From: a bacterium
GTDB taxonomy: Bacteria; Electryoneota; Electryoneia; Electryoneales; Electryoneaceae
Direction: 5' to 3'
NCBI GenBank assembly: GCA_963669175.1
Contig: OY769902.1
Coordinates: forward strand, 1,312,001 to 1,376,000
DNA length: 64,000 nt
Each line of letters starts with the position of its first letter. Position 1 is the stretch's first letter. Positions 39,981-50,199 of the stretch are shown one piece after another. The position numbers and the translations under genes are program-made. The notes beneath the pieces were generated by a model, which was given only the letters and a program-made list of their open reading frames with translations, made no database searches and was not told the DNA's origin.

Positions 39981-40240
39981 TAGCCCGGATATTTCACGAG
40001 TATAATACAGTGAATCGTTCTATTGCCAATAATATCAATGTATAAGAATCGATTTTCGCGTATTTTATTAAGAGACAGTTTGTACCGGTTATCCTTCTGC
40101 TACGCTTTGACGCAATTTTTCACGAGCCATTCATCCCCACGAAGAGCCTGTCCCCGAAAGAAGTAGTCGGGGATGGGGATCCAGGCAAGTAGCTATAAGA
40201 CATAAAGTTACACATTAATGCAAATTCTAGGTTACCGCTT
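39981..40240. mobile_element. Truncated copy of MITE family 2
   Basis: Aligns with 61193-61420, including the left terminal repeat; the right end is missing. Confidence 0.8.
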
Positions 40241-40383
40241 TTCTGCATCCGATTCAAGAAGGGGCGCCGTTTTATCAGATCGTCGCTTGAGGAGGATTGG
40301 TCAGCAGGCGAATCGGTGGCAGAGGAAATCGCACACAACAGCAACGATATGAAAATGATGAGCGCAGCTTTCAGATTAACCAT
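40240..40383 (-). pseudogene. 5' remnant of an exported-protein gene running into the MITE
   Basis: Signal-peptide-like MVNLKAALIIFISLLLCAISSA; the frame continues only into MITE sequence. Confidence 0.4.
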
Positions 40384-40538
40384 TGTTTGTGTGATTTCCC
40401 CCGTTTCCTGTATCATCCTCATGACACGCTGTCTTGTTCCAGAATCGTTTGAGTTTCAGTATGCACAGATGGCCATCCACCCTTGTTTCAATGTTGAAAA
40501 AACGGGGCGAAACACTGTGGTTTGCCCCGTTGGTGTGA

Positions 40539-42293
40539 CTACATATACCCCAAATCCCTCAAGCGTTTTTCCAGTAGCTCTTTCTCTTCGTCTGTGTAGA
40601 CATCATCGGCGGTGTCAGTGTCGTCAGCCTGGTCTGAGTCGGAAAGGGAGTGGATTCCCGCCTTCGCGGGAATGACACCAGGATCCGTATTTGCCGCAGC
40701 GGAATCCTCCCGGCCAGGCATGGCCGGGCTACTGGTTGCAGCCGGGCTACTAGTGAACAGTTCCGAAGGGATCGTGCCGGTCATACCTTTTTCACGTGGC
40801 AGGCCCAGCGCTTCCAGGATCGACGGAGCCACCGCGGTGATCTCCATGTTCTCCAGGGTAATTCCGCTCGCGATAGACGGTCCCTTTGCGCCGAACACAC
40901 CATACAACGCATGCTGGCCATTGATCTCTTCACGCCAGGGTTTGTCCGGCTTCTCTTCTGTCGTGAACAATGGGCCCTGGGGATCATCCAGGGTGGTATC
41001 AACTTCGTAGATGCGGTCTGCCCATTCGATCACCAGGTCGGGGCAGTCATCCAGCTCCCTGGACAGGGGATAGGCTTCCCAGCGTGTCCAGACACGACGG
41101 ATCGGTTTACGTCCGTTGCGCGGGTCGATCAGGTGTTCCAGCTTCTCCTTGATTTCGCCGACCAGCGCCTCGTAAGTCAGGCCGTGCTCGATGGTCCCAC
41201 CGGGCTCACGTCCCTTCAGCATCAGCCGCATGACATCACATTTGCGCCAGCCGTACACACGAGTGCGTTCCGGGTCAATACGCTGCATGCCACGTACGCT
41301 CTCCACATCGGCGTACAGGTTCGGGAAAATACGGTTGACCACGTTCTTAATCTCACGTGGAACAACTTTTTTGGCAAATTTCTGTAAACGTGACGTGGTC
41401 TTGAGCAGCTTGTTCTCTTTCAGCTCACGAGTGCGCAGGTAACCCTCACTCATCAGCCAGCGGTTCAGGAAGAAGATTCCGTGAACCGCCGCGCCGCCGT
41501 GGTCGCTGCAGGTAAACACATGCGCGTCCGGCCCGGCCCATTCCACCAGTTCCCCGAAATAGGTATCCACTTCGTCGTACAGACGGTCCACCCACTTGCG
41601 CCAGCGTTTGGCATCGGGATAATGATAGGCCGGGTGCTGCGGGTCCATGTATTTCCACAAGGCGTGAAGCACACGATCCAGCGCAGTAAAGACCACCATT
41701 GCCAATTCCGGTTTGCCCTGCTCGAACAGGTGAAACGCGGCGTCACGGCGTGCGCGAAGCGTGCGGGACGTGGTTTCCAGGAACTCTTCGACGGTCTTGA
41801 ACTGCGCGGCGGTCAACTCGATCCGGTAATCGGGGACAGCTTTCAGCAGGGAGGTTTTCATCTCCGGGGGTGAGACAAACGCAGCTCCTTCTCCGGGTGT
41901 GTCCATCCCTGAAACGACGATCCCGTTCTGTACAGGTTTCGGCGGGTAGGTGATGGGCATGTTGATGCTGACCGCAGGCATCCCATGTTCGGCCGCAATA
42001 CGCCAGACATCCTTGCCTTTTTTCATGCCGCCGTGGTTGATCTCATCCTGCCAGGTGCCCGGTTTGCGCCGGAAAAACTCGAAGATGCCATGCTTCTCCG
42101 GAGGCAGGCCGGTGGCAATTGTGGACCATGCTGCGGAGGAGAGGACCGGGAAGGTGGAGCGCATTTTTCCCCATGCGCCCTCGCTACGGAATTTCGCGAT
42201 GTTCGGCAGCCCGCCTTCGGCAATACGTCTGTCGATGTAAACCGGGTCTGCAGCGTCAATTCCGATAAAAAGTACTTTTGGTTTATAGGACAT
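40539..42293 (-). CDS. Alkaline-phosphatase superfamily protein (type I phosphodiesterase/NPP-like)
   Basis: 'FIGIDAA', 'STFPVLSSAAWSTIATG', 'SDHG', 'GQH...G' and terminal 'RLRDLGYM'. Confidence 0.85.
   Translation of the reverse strand: MSYKPKVLFIGIDAADPVYIDRRIAEGGLPNIAKFRSEGAWGKMRSTFPVLSSAAWSTIATGLPPEKHGIFEFFRRKPGTWQDEINHGGMKKGKDVWRIAAEHGMPAVSINMPITYPPKPVQNGIVVSGMDTPGEGAAFVSPPEMKTSLLKAVPDYRIELTAAQFKTVEEFLETTSRTLRARRDAAFHLFEQGKPELAMVVFTALDRVLHALWKYMDPQHPAYHYPDAKRWRKWVDRLYDEVDTYFGELVEWAGPDAHVFTCSDHGGAAVHGIFFLNRWLMSEGYLRTRELKENKLLKTTSRLQKFAKKVVPREIKNVVNRIFPNLYADVESVRGMQRIDPERTRVYGWRKCDVMRLMLKGREPGGTIEHGLTYEALVGEIKEKLEHLIDPRNGRKPIRRVWTRWEAYPLSRELDDCPDLVIEWADRIYEVDTTLDDPQGPLFTTEEKPDKPWREEINGQHALYGVFGAKGPSIASGITLENMEITAVAPSILEALGLPREKGMTGTIPSELFTSSPAATSSPAMPGREDSAAANTDPGVIPAKAGIHSLSDSDQADDTDTADDVYTDEEKELLEKRLRDLGYM
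40651..40676 (-). repeat. REP/dRS3-like palindrome inside a coding sequence
   Basis: GTCATTCCCGCGAAGGCGGGAATCCA on the minus strand, translated in frame as VIPAKAGIH. Confidence 0.8.
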
Positions 42294-42420
42294 ATCGGTA
42301 AACGACCTTCTTTAAGCGTAAACGCAATGTGACAACCCTTAACCTGATATGGTACCGAAATCAGAGGGGAGACGCAAGGAATGGGGATGCAAGGTTGAAT
42401 TCGGCAGGAATCACACGATC

Positions 42421-42615
42421 AGGGATTTTCGCTGCATGTACAGGATGCGAAGACGCATGGCCCGATGCACACGTGAGTCTTTTTCCTTAGAAGACGCAGC
42501 AGAAATACTCCCATGAATACTGGAACCGATGCTTCACTTCGAGTGCGTCGGGATTGTGCTGAGGGCGGAAATGACACTCGTATAGGGATTTTCGTTGCAT
42601 GTACAGGATGCAAAG
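42421..42615. repeat. Pair of about 30 bp direct repeats, 163 bp apart
   Basis: AGGGATTTTCGYTGCATGTACAGGATGCRAAG at 42421 and 42584. Confidence 0.8.
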
Positions 42616-42669
42616 GAGGGTAAAGGTAATAAGGGTGTAAAAAACAACTTGTAAACTTTCAAACTCCAA

Positions 42670-43770
42670 TTAATACAGCTTCTTCCTGCGCTTGAACTTG
42701 AGCCAGGCATGGGCCAGTCGGTGTCCGAGGTTGGATTTGTCAAACAGGCGCAAGACCCAGCCGCGCGGGTTCCACCAGCGAATCCCGATGCGACGTTTGA
42801 TCTCGTCTTCGGTCCAGCGTTCGCCCTGGGGAATGGGAGTCTTCCCGGGTTTGTACATGCCCCAGACAGTATACGGCGCGAGTTCGGAACCCTCTTTCAG
42901 CGTATCTTCCCATTCGATCATTTCATTGAGGAATTTCACCAGTTCCGGGTTGTTCCAATCCGGCATCTGGATGCCATACTGCAGGATGATGAAGAGAAGG
43001 CGGTCGGTTACGATCTCCAGGTCCGGTTCGAACCCGGCATGGAGCAGTTCGAGAATCTCTTCGCTGCGTACGGACTCAAACGGGCTGAACTGGACAACAC
43101 GTTTGGGATCCGGACGTTTGATATCCTGAATTGGCAGGGAGGGGTGCCGTCCGCGCGACAACTCCAGCGCCTTGTTCACCTCTTCAACCGTATCCCACGA
43201 CCACTGCCAGACATTCGGGCCGATATAATCATGGACCAGGAAGAAACCGTTTTCCGTTTTCAGGGAACGTCGCACCTGTTCCAGCAGATGTTCCAGGTTG
43301 ATGACGTGGTGCAGCGACGTATGGGCAATGACCAGGTCATACGCTTTTTCCGGGAACTCGATGAAATTCAGGTCGCCGATGCGGGATGATATAAGGTGAC
43401 CGTAACCATCCTTGTTGGCACGTGTCTGAAAGCTTTCAACCGCATCACCACTGATGTCAATGACCTCAAGACGCTTGAGTGTGCCTGCCTTGAGCAGGGC
43501 GCCTTCAAGCTGGCCGCTTCCAGAACCGAGAGACAGGGCGGATTCGAAGGGGCCGGCGTTTTCCGCAAACCAGCGAATCCAATCGGTGGTAGTGTCGTCA
43601 TTGGCAATCAAACGGGCAAGATATTTCTTCGGGATGGGGTGATCACGGGGACGACGTTTGCGCAACCCTTCCACAATAGACAATCCCCATGATGAGGCTT
43701 CACGTTTCAAAGCCTTCACATAGCGAGGATGGTCCGGGTTGATACAAAACTTTGAATCCACGTATCCCAC
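42670..43770 (-). CDS. Class I SAM-dependent methyltransferase
   Basis: 'ALSLGSGSG', 'IDIS', 'GDLN', 'SLHHV' and 'DYIGP'. Confidence 0.85.
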   Translation of the reverse strand: MGYVDSKFCINPDHPRYVKALKREASSWGLSIVEGLRKRRPRDHPIPKKYLARLIANDDTTTDWIRWFAENAGPFESALSLGSGSGQLEGALLKAGTLKRLEVIDISGDAVESFQTRANKDGYGHLISSRIGDLNFIEFPEKAYDLVIAHTSLHHVINLEHLLEQVRRSLKTENGFFLVHDYIGPNVWQWSWDTVEEVNKALELSRGRHPSLPIQDIKRPDPKRVVQFSPFESVRSEEILELLHAGFEPDLEIVTDRLLFIILQYGIQMPDWNNPELVKFLNEMIEWEDTLKEGSELAPYTVWGMYKPGKTPIPQGERWTEDEIKRRIGIRWWNPRGWVLRLFDKSNLGHRLAHAWLKFKRRKKLY

Positions 43771-43869
43771 TCCTGTCTGTCAACGAGATCGCATTCATCA
43801 CCAATGCGCAGGGAAGATACAAACACGCAAGCCAAAAGATCAAAGGGAAACACGAAGTTCGGAATCTGT

Positions 43870-45324
43870 TTATCCCTTAATTACAGCCAGCGGTTTCAAC
43901 CTTACAACACGACGCGCAATAGTAGCTGCATCCGCAGCTTCCACAACGCTGTCTACATCTTTGTAAGCGTCGGAGGCTTCTTCTCCAAGAGTTCGTTTTC
44001 CCTGAGCACGTACCAGGATGCCTTGCTGTTCAAGTTCCTGCTGTATATCTCGTCCGCGTGTCTGTTTCAAGGCTGCTTTTCGTGAGAGCAGGCGTCCCGC
44101 GCCATGACAACTGGAACCGAAGGTTGCCTGCATGGCATGTTCAGTGCCGACAAGGACATAACTGGCGCGGCCCATATCACCCGGAATCAACACCGGTTGG
44201 CCGATAGTCTTATACGCGGACGGAATTCTCGCATCACCGGGACCGAAAGCGCGTGTCGCTCCTTTACGATGCACGCATAGTTTACGCTTCTTTCCGTTGA
44301 CCATGTGAGTTTCGAATTTGGCGATATTATGACTGACATCAAACACCAGCCCCATTCCCAGCGCGGAATAGCCCAGCCCGAAAACCTGCTCGAAAACTTC
44401 CCTGATCCGGCTGACCAGGACAATGCGGTTCGCCCAGGCGAAATTGGCCGCTCCCGCCATGGCAGAAGCGTAGGTCTGACCTTCAGGGGACGAAATGGGC
44501 GCACAGGCCAGTTGACGATCCACCAGCTTGATACCATAACGATTGGCAGCATCGCCCATGATACGGAGTTGTTCCTGGCACACCTGGTAACCGAAACCAC
44601 GGCTGCCGGAATGAACCATCACCGTAACCTGCCCCTTTTCCAATCCGAGCACTCGTGCAGCCTTGTCATCATACACCCTATCCACAACCTGTACTTCAAG
44701 AAAATGGTTGCCGCTGCCCAGGGTGCCGACCTGATCGTTGCCACGTTCGCAGGCGCGTTCGGAAAAGGAATCCGTATCAACTCCATCAAGGCAGCCCTTT
44801 TCCTCCATGTACTCCAGGTCGCTTGCGGATGCCAGCCCACGTTTGACAGCCCAGTTCGCACCCTGCTTTGCTACCTGCTTCACTTCTTTATTAGATAGAC
44901 GGATGTCGCCGCCTTTGCCTACACCGGAAGGAACTCGTGAAAAAAGCAGGTCGGCCAATGTGTCCAGTTTGCCGCGCACTTCTTCTTCGTGCAGCTTTGT
45001 CCGGGTCAGGTTCACCCCGCAGTTGATATCGTAGCCAACCCCACCGGGGCTGATGATGCCATCATCCATATCAAACGCCGCCACTCCGCCGATGGGGAAA
45101 CCGTAGCCCATGTGAATATCGGGCATGGCTAAGGATGCGTTTACTATTCCGGGAAGCGTGGCGACATTGGCGACCTGTTGCACGGAGATATCATTCCGGA
45201 CAGCATCGATCAGCTTGGACGAACTGTAAATGACGCCATCAACGCGCATGCCGGTTCCGGGATCGCGTGGAATACGCCAACGGTTGGAATCAATACGTTC
45301 GAGTTTGAAAGCTGAGTGGCTCAT
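43870..45324 (-). CDS. rtcB: RNA-splicing/repair ligase RtcB (archease-dependent type)
   Basis: 'MPDIHMGYGFPIGG', 'GYDINCG', 'GTLGSGNHF', 'HSGSRG', 'HRKGATRA', 'PGDMG', 'CHGAGR' and 'EEASDAYKD'. Confidence 0.96.
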   Translation of the reverse strand: MSHSAFKLERIDSNRWRIPRDPGTGMRVDGVIYSSSKLIDAVRNDISVQQVANVATLPGIVNASLAMPDIHMGYGFPIGGVAAFDMDDGIISPGGVGYDINCGVNLTRTKLHEEEVRGKLDTLADLLFSRVPSGVGKGGDIRLSNKEVKQVAKQGANWAVKRGLASASDLEYMEEKGCLDGVDTDSFSERACERGNDQVGTLGSGNHFLEVQVVDRVYDDKAARVLGLEKGQVTVMVHSGSRGFGYQVCQEQLRIMGDAANRYGIKLVDRQLACAPISSPEGQTYASAMAGAANFAWANRIVLVSRIREVFEQVFGLGYSALGMGLVFDVSHNIAKFETHMVNGKKRKLCVHRKGATRAFGPGDARIPSAYKTIGQPVLIPGDMGRASYVLVGTEHAMQATFGSSCHGAGRLLSRKAALKQTRGRDIQQELEQQGILVRAQGKRTLGEEASDAYKDVDSVVEAADAATIARRVVRLKPLAVIKG

Positions 45325-45347
45325 GGCAGTCCTGAATCCAGGATGAT

Positions 45348-45779
45348 CTATAAATCCGCAATCCAACAGATACGCCGGTTGCCCGATGAATCGGCTGCTT
45401 TAATGACCAGGTTGTGATATGTAACTGCTTTAATTTCAGACGAGAGGTAAAGAACAGGGTTTATTGCGCCGAAACATTTTATCTCAAGATGGGTGTCCGT
45501 CCAGTGAATTTCATGACGCGAAGGGCGGAACCCACGTGTCTGAACAAGATAGAGCCATTCGTTTAACGATTCCACAAACAGGTTGTCTGGTGAATTCTCT
45601 GCGAAATGAATCGTATAGACAGTAGTTACTTGTGAGTCGGTTTCTGTAAAGGTCAAGTCTAAGGTTTCCATAAGCGCTGCAATACTGCCTTCTACCAATC
45701 CTGCGCGATATGCAGCGGAAACTTCCACAGCAAGATCGGCAACATGATCCAGAATTGTGTACTTGTAATCGATGTTCAC
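45348..45779 (-). CDS. Archease
   Basis: 'LDHVADL', 'LNEWLY', 'EIKAVTYH' and terminal 'DL'; lies directly upstream of rtcB. Confidence 0.92.
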   Translation of the reverse strand: MNIDYKYTILDHVADLAVEVSAAYRAGLVEGSIAALMETLDLTFTETDSQVTTVYTIHFAENSPDNLFVESLNEWLYLVQTRGFRPSRHEIHWTDTHLEIKCFGAINPVLYLSSEIKAVTYHNLVIKAADSSGNRRICWIADL

Positions 45780-45783
45780 GGAC

Positions 45784-48315
45784 TCACCCGGTCCATTTTT
45801 CCACGGCGCTGTTTACCTGTTCCATCAGGTTGTCATACGCGGGAACCATCGCGATGAGCTTGTCCACCTGGAACGTGTCAATATATGACTTTACACTGCT
45901 GCCAAACTGCACCAGTGACTCCAGGTTGTATTTATCACCCAGATCGATCAACTCCTGCGCCACTCTTCTGGCTTCTTCAATGGAGAAAGCAAAGGCAAGC
46001 TTGTTCCATGTCTGGCGAATATCCGTCTCCAGGTAATGGATAATTTCCGGCAAAGTGGAAATGATATCAGGAGACAGATGTTCGAACGGATTAGTTTGGA
46101 CCAGCTTATCGTTATTCGGGGGTAATAATTCTGGTTCCGGTATAATTTTTTCTACCCGGTGCGGAAGGTGTCTTGCCAGCTCCTGCAACAACTGGTTTCT
46201 CTTGACAGGCTTGCTGATAAAGGAATTCGCGCCATGTGACAGGGCTTTTTCCATGTGTTGTCGCAGGGCACTGGCGCTTTGAACAATGATCGTTGTGTTA
46301 TCAAGCTTGTCATTGGTGCGAATCTGCTGGATCGCCTCGTATCCGCTGATGCCTGGCAGGTGAAGATCCATGATGATGATATCCGGTACCAAGTCGCTAG
46401 CTTTTTCTATTCCTTCTTCACCATCTTCTGCGACTTCAAGCTGTAGCCCGGTATCAAACAGGTATTCCTGTATCAATATCCTGTTGAGCGGTTCATCTTC
46501 AACCAGGAGGATAACGGCAGGATTGAACCCGGTAATCCGGCATTCCTGTGTCGTCGACGGTAAATCGTAGGCAGGCGCAACTGCTGCAACATCGGGTAGA
46601 GTCACGATAAATGCGGACCCCTGTCCCGGCTTGCTTTCCAGGTGCAGAGTTCCTCCCATCATTTCCACAAGTCGCTGAGTAATCGCCAGGCCAAGGCCGG
46701 TGCCGCCATAACGACGCTGGTCCTGTCCTTCTACCTGCACAAACCCCTGGAAGATGCGGTCGTGCTCTTTTTCCGGTATGCCAATGCCTGTGTCACGAAC
46801 TTCCAGCGTGAGCGAATGATGCCCATCGCTTTCCGGTATTGCCACGTGTGACAATGTGACTGAAACAGACCCCTCGTGCGTGAATTTCAGGGCATTGCCC
46901 ACCAGGTTCGTAATGATCTGGCGAAACCTGATTTCGTCCAGCATCAACCCTTCAGGAAGTGAGCTGTCCATGTTCAGGATAAAATCAAGGTTCTTGTCGT
47001 CCGCACGCTGTCTGAAGATGTTTGTCATATCATTCATGAAGGTGCGCACATCAACAGGTTGCAGACGGATTTCCATCTTTCCGGCTTCAATTTTTGACAA
47101 GTCCAGGATATCGTTGATCAGTTGGAGCAGCATTTTTCCGCTTGATGAAATCGCGCGTACGTATTCACGCTGCTTGTCATTGGAAAGCTTTTGTTCAAGA
47201 ATGTCTGCAAATCCTAGAATTGAGTTCATCGGGGTACGAATTTCATGAGACATGTTGGCAAGGAATTCGCTTTTAGCCATGTTCGCCAGCTCTGCTTCAA
47301 ATGCCCATCGCTTCGCTCTTTCATTTGCCAGTACGAGTTGCCTATTCGTGGCTTCTAATTGATCATTGGCGTAGCGCAGGGCCTCTTCGGTTTCCTTACG
47401 TTTGGTAATATCCACAATGACGCCCATGGCGCCGGTGATAGCCCCATCCCGACCTTTTACCGCATTGATGGCGATATTGGCATACCTGGTTTCACCGTCC
47501 TTACGAAAATACTTCATCTCTCGTCGATATTGATCCACCCCGCCGGTAAAAAGCTTTTTCAGACGGAATGACGCTTTGATCTCTTCTTCCGGCATAATAT
47601 CGAAAGGTGACATTTGCAGGAGTTCATCCGCAGAATACCCGGTCATCTCGCACCAGGCGTCGTTTACATGTGAAAATTTGCCGTTTTTGTCAACGATATT
47701 CAGGGCAACCGAATTGTTCTCAAAGATTGTCCGGTAAAGGTTTTCGCTGTCACGAAGCGCCTGCTCTCTTCTTTCCGGAGAGCGGACGATGAGAACCGTG
47801 GAATGACAATGCCAGTTGTCTGTTTCAGCGGGAATACGATGGGAAACCAGGACAAAATGCGAAGGTTCACCTGCTTCGATTGTCACATCAGGACGAAGAA
47901 CCAACAATGTGGGATTATCAGATGAAAGGGTTTCTTCAAGATGATTGGAAAACAGGACTGTCTCTTCCTCGTTCAAGGCCTGTTGTATGCGAGCGCCATT
48001 CTGCAACCGGGTAGTCCACCCTGGCAACCTGTCGATGATTTCATGCTGTTCGAGGATAATTCCATCGCGATCAGTAATAATAGTGCAAGCGGGTGCAAGT
48101 GCGCTGGTCATATTTGAATACGACCAGGGGTACAACTGTGAATCATGATCTGATAAAACCTGTTCTTTACGGGTAAGCTCTGCATTTCGCTGTTGTAATG
48201 TGTTGATCATGTTGATCAAGCCGTCTGCCTCCGTTGGAAGGCCATGATTCTTTAACACCGTTACCAGCTTTTCCGCTTGGGGGTTGTGTGCGTTGCCTGA
48301 GGCCGGGTTTTGCAT
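45784..48315 (-). CDS. Cytoplasmic PAS hybrid histidine kinase (PAS-HisKA-HATPase-REC)
   Basis: PAS/PAC; 'FLANMSHEIRTP'; 'NLVGNALKFT'; 'GGTGLGL'; receiver 'MDLHLP...ISKP'. Confidence 0.93.
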   Translation of the reverse strand: MQNPASGNAHNPQAEKLVTVLKNHGLPTEADGLINMINTLQQRNAELTRKEQVLSDHDSQLYPWSYSNMTSALAPACTIITDRDGIILEQHEIIDRLPGWTTRLQNGARIQQALNEEETVLFSNHLEETLSSDNPTLLVLRPDVTIEAGEPSHFVLVSHRIPAETDNWHCHSTVLIVRSPERREQALRDSENLYRTIFENNSVALNIVDKNGKFSHVNDAWCEMTGYSADELLQMSPFDIMPEEEIKASFRLKKLFTGGVDQYRREMKYFRKDGETRYANIAINAVKGRDGAITGAMGVIVDITKRKETEEALRYANDQLEATNRQLVLANERAKRWAFEAELANMAKSEFLANMSHEIRTPMNSILGFADILEQKLSNDKQREYVRAISSSGKMLLQLINDILDLSKIEAGKMEIRLQPVDVRTFMNDMTNIFRQRADDKNLDFILNMDSSLPEGLMLDEIRFRQIITNLVGNALKFTHEGSVSVTLSHVAIPESDGHHSLTLEVRDTGIGIPEKEHDRIFQGFVQVEGQDQRRYGGTGLGLAITQRLVEMMGGTLHLESKPGQGSAFIVTLPDVAAVAPAYDLPSTTQECRITGFNPAVILLVEDEPLNRILIQEYLFDTGLQLEVAEDGEEGIEKASDLVPDIIIMDLHLPGISGYEAIQQIRTNDKLDNTTIIVQSASALRQHMEKALSHGANSFISKPVKRNQLLQELARHLPHRVEKIIPEPELLPPNNDKLVQTNPFEHLSPDIISTLPEIIHYLETDIRQTWNKLAFAFSIEEARRVAQELIDLGDKYNLESLVQFGSSVKSYIDTFQVDKLIAMVPAYDNLMEQVNSAVEKWTG

Positions 48316-48495
48316 AAAAATGATCCCAATGAATTCATGTATTTATTTGAAAATAGGGTATGTCTGTTTGCAGGTCTAGGAGGATAAAATGCCTTTTCGT
48401 TCTCTGTGGGCTTTCACTGAAAACCTTTGAATCGGAACTGTTCATGATTTTCCCGATTGAACCTTGCAAGGTTCCTTCCATACATTCAGACGGGC

Positions 48496-48827
48496 GGTTG
48501 TTCACAAGAATTTGTGCATATTATCGACGAGCACGTTTCGTCAGGTCTTGACGTGATGCCTTTTCTTGTTCTTCTCCGTAATTTCAGACATCTGTCCGAC
48601 TTCACACCTGCTATTTCACATGATAGATCATCATCAGGCATCATGTTGTGACCTGACGACAGTGAGAGTACCGATACCGGTGGCAGGTCACAACGCGACA
48701 ATAACAGGGCGAGAGGTGGTTTCAGAATCATCGTGCATTCAGGAAAACATAGCGAAAGCCGAAAACGGAAAGTCGCGTCAAGACCTGCCACAACATTGCC
48801 CTGATGCACAAATTCTTGTGAGGAACC
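48496..48827. mobile_element. MITE family 1, second full copy
   Basis: Same length as, and near-identical to, 614-945. Confidence 0.85.
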
Positions 48828-48851
48828 AGACTGGTCAAGGGAGGGGAGATT

Positions 48852-50198
48852 TTGGTCCAGGTTACCGGTTTTATTCAAAATGCCAAGGCTAACTCTATAG
48901 CGCTTACATTCATTCTCTGTCTTTCTGCTTCTCTCTTGCTTACCTGCGAAGTTTCAGCTCAATCCCATGAAGCTCTGACTGATTCGACAGATACAGAAGA
49001 CGAGATGTGGTGGCCAGATCCTTACGCAAAAAAAATGGCACAATATCTGGCTGCTGCCACATCGCCTGTCGCCAACCCGGGAAATCTCCAGGTAAAAAAA
49101 CTCTATTCACACAAGCCGAAATGGGGCCCTTATCCACTGATGGATATTACCAGCGGCACACGAGTGCGATTGGGAGCGGGCCTGTTCTACCGGGAAGGCT
49201 ATTTCTATTCAGGAATTGAACACTTCAGGTACAGCAGGCGAAAACAGGTTTCCAACCTGCGCATTACCCTTGAAGGTGGTGTGGAGAAGCAATCCCGGGA
49301 ATGGCAGATCTTCTTGAACGTGACCGAGTTTCGTGATGACGACCTCTGGTTTTACGGAATCGGCCAGGAACCGGAAAAGGATGAGCGTAGTCGTTTTTCA
49401 CCGATTACCACCCAGAATCGCGCCAATTTCTATCAGCGTAAACGCCAGTTGACCTGCCTGAATGGTTTCGCGCTGAACGAGCATCTCGAGCTGTTTGTAA
49501 CCGGCATGCTTACGGAGCGACTTATTCGAGATGGCGATGATGTGCCTGCAGAAGAATGGATAAGCAATGTATTCGATACACGTTTTCTCAAAGGCTATAA
49601 CCAGGACTTGCAGCAATGGTATACGGAAATAGCGATTGGAATCAATTCCAAGAAATGTGGCAGCGAACATCTTTTCTCTTTCTGCAGCGAAATATATGTC
49701 GGCTACCAGCAGGGAATAGGATTGAACCATGAGAATCTTCTTCGAACGGGAATAAATGTTAATGGCCGACTTCAACTGGCTCAAAAAGGATTATATCTTG
49801 AACCGCGTTTGCTGGTAAACCAGGTCAGCAATCTTGATAATTCACAACCCATCGCATTTATAGATTATCCACGTCACCCCACTTTCAGGGGAATTGCCAG
49901 TCGCTACCTGCTGCGCAACGACGAGATCATTGCCATTCCCTCGCTTGATCTGCTACTGCCTGTCCATAACCGTGCCCATGCAGGCTTGTTTGCGGACTGG
50001 TTGCTGGCAACTGAAAATGATGCTGTCCGGCATATCAGCATCCGTCATGCGCCGTGGTGTGTCGGTATCAGCAGCATTACGCGGTATTCCGGGGCGGTAC
50101 TGGGAGGCGCACAGGGAGCCTACGGATCAGAAGGATGGCGGTTTGCGTTGTGGCTTGGATTACTCCAGGACTTGAACGACCGGTGGCGGTGGAAATAA
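48852..50198 (+). CDS. Putative outer-membrane beta-barrel protein (start uncertain)
   Basis: Signal-like segment ending VSA-Q; 'FYGIG' motif as seen in Omp85-like barrels; alternating beta-strand pattern. Confidence 0.55.
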   Translation: MVQVTGFIQNAKANSIALTFILCLSASLLLTCEVSAQSHEALTDSTDTEDEMWWPDPYAKKMAQYLAAATSPVANPGNLQVKKLYSHKPKWGPYPLMDITSGTRVRLGAGLFYREGYFYSGIEHFRYSRRKQVSNLRITLEGGVEKQSREWQIFLNVTEFRDDDLWFYGIGQEPEKDERSRFSPITTQNRANFYQRKRQLTCLNGFALNEHLELFVTGMLTERLIRDGDDVPAEEWISNVFDTRFLKGYNQDLQQWYTEIAIGINSKKCGSEHLFSFCSEIYVGYQQGIGLNHENLLRTGINVNGRLQLAQKGLYLEPRLLVNQVSNLDNSQPIAFIDYPRHPTFRGIASRYLLRNDEIIAIPSLDLLLPVHNRAHAGLFADWLLATENDAVRHISIRHAPWCVGISSITRYSGAVLGGAQGAYGSEGWRFALWLGLLQDLNDRWRWK

Positions 50199-50199
50199 C

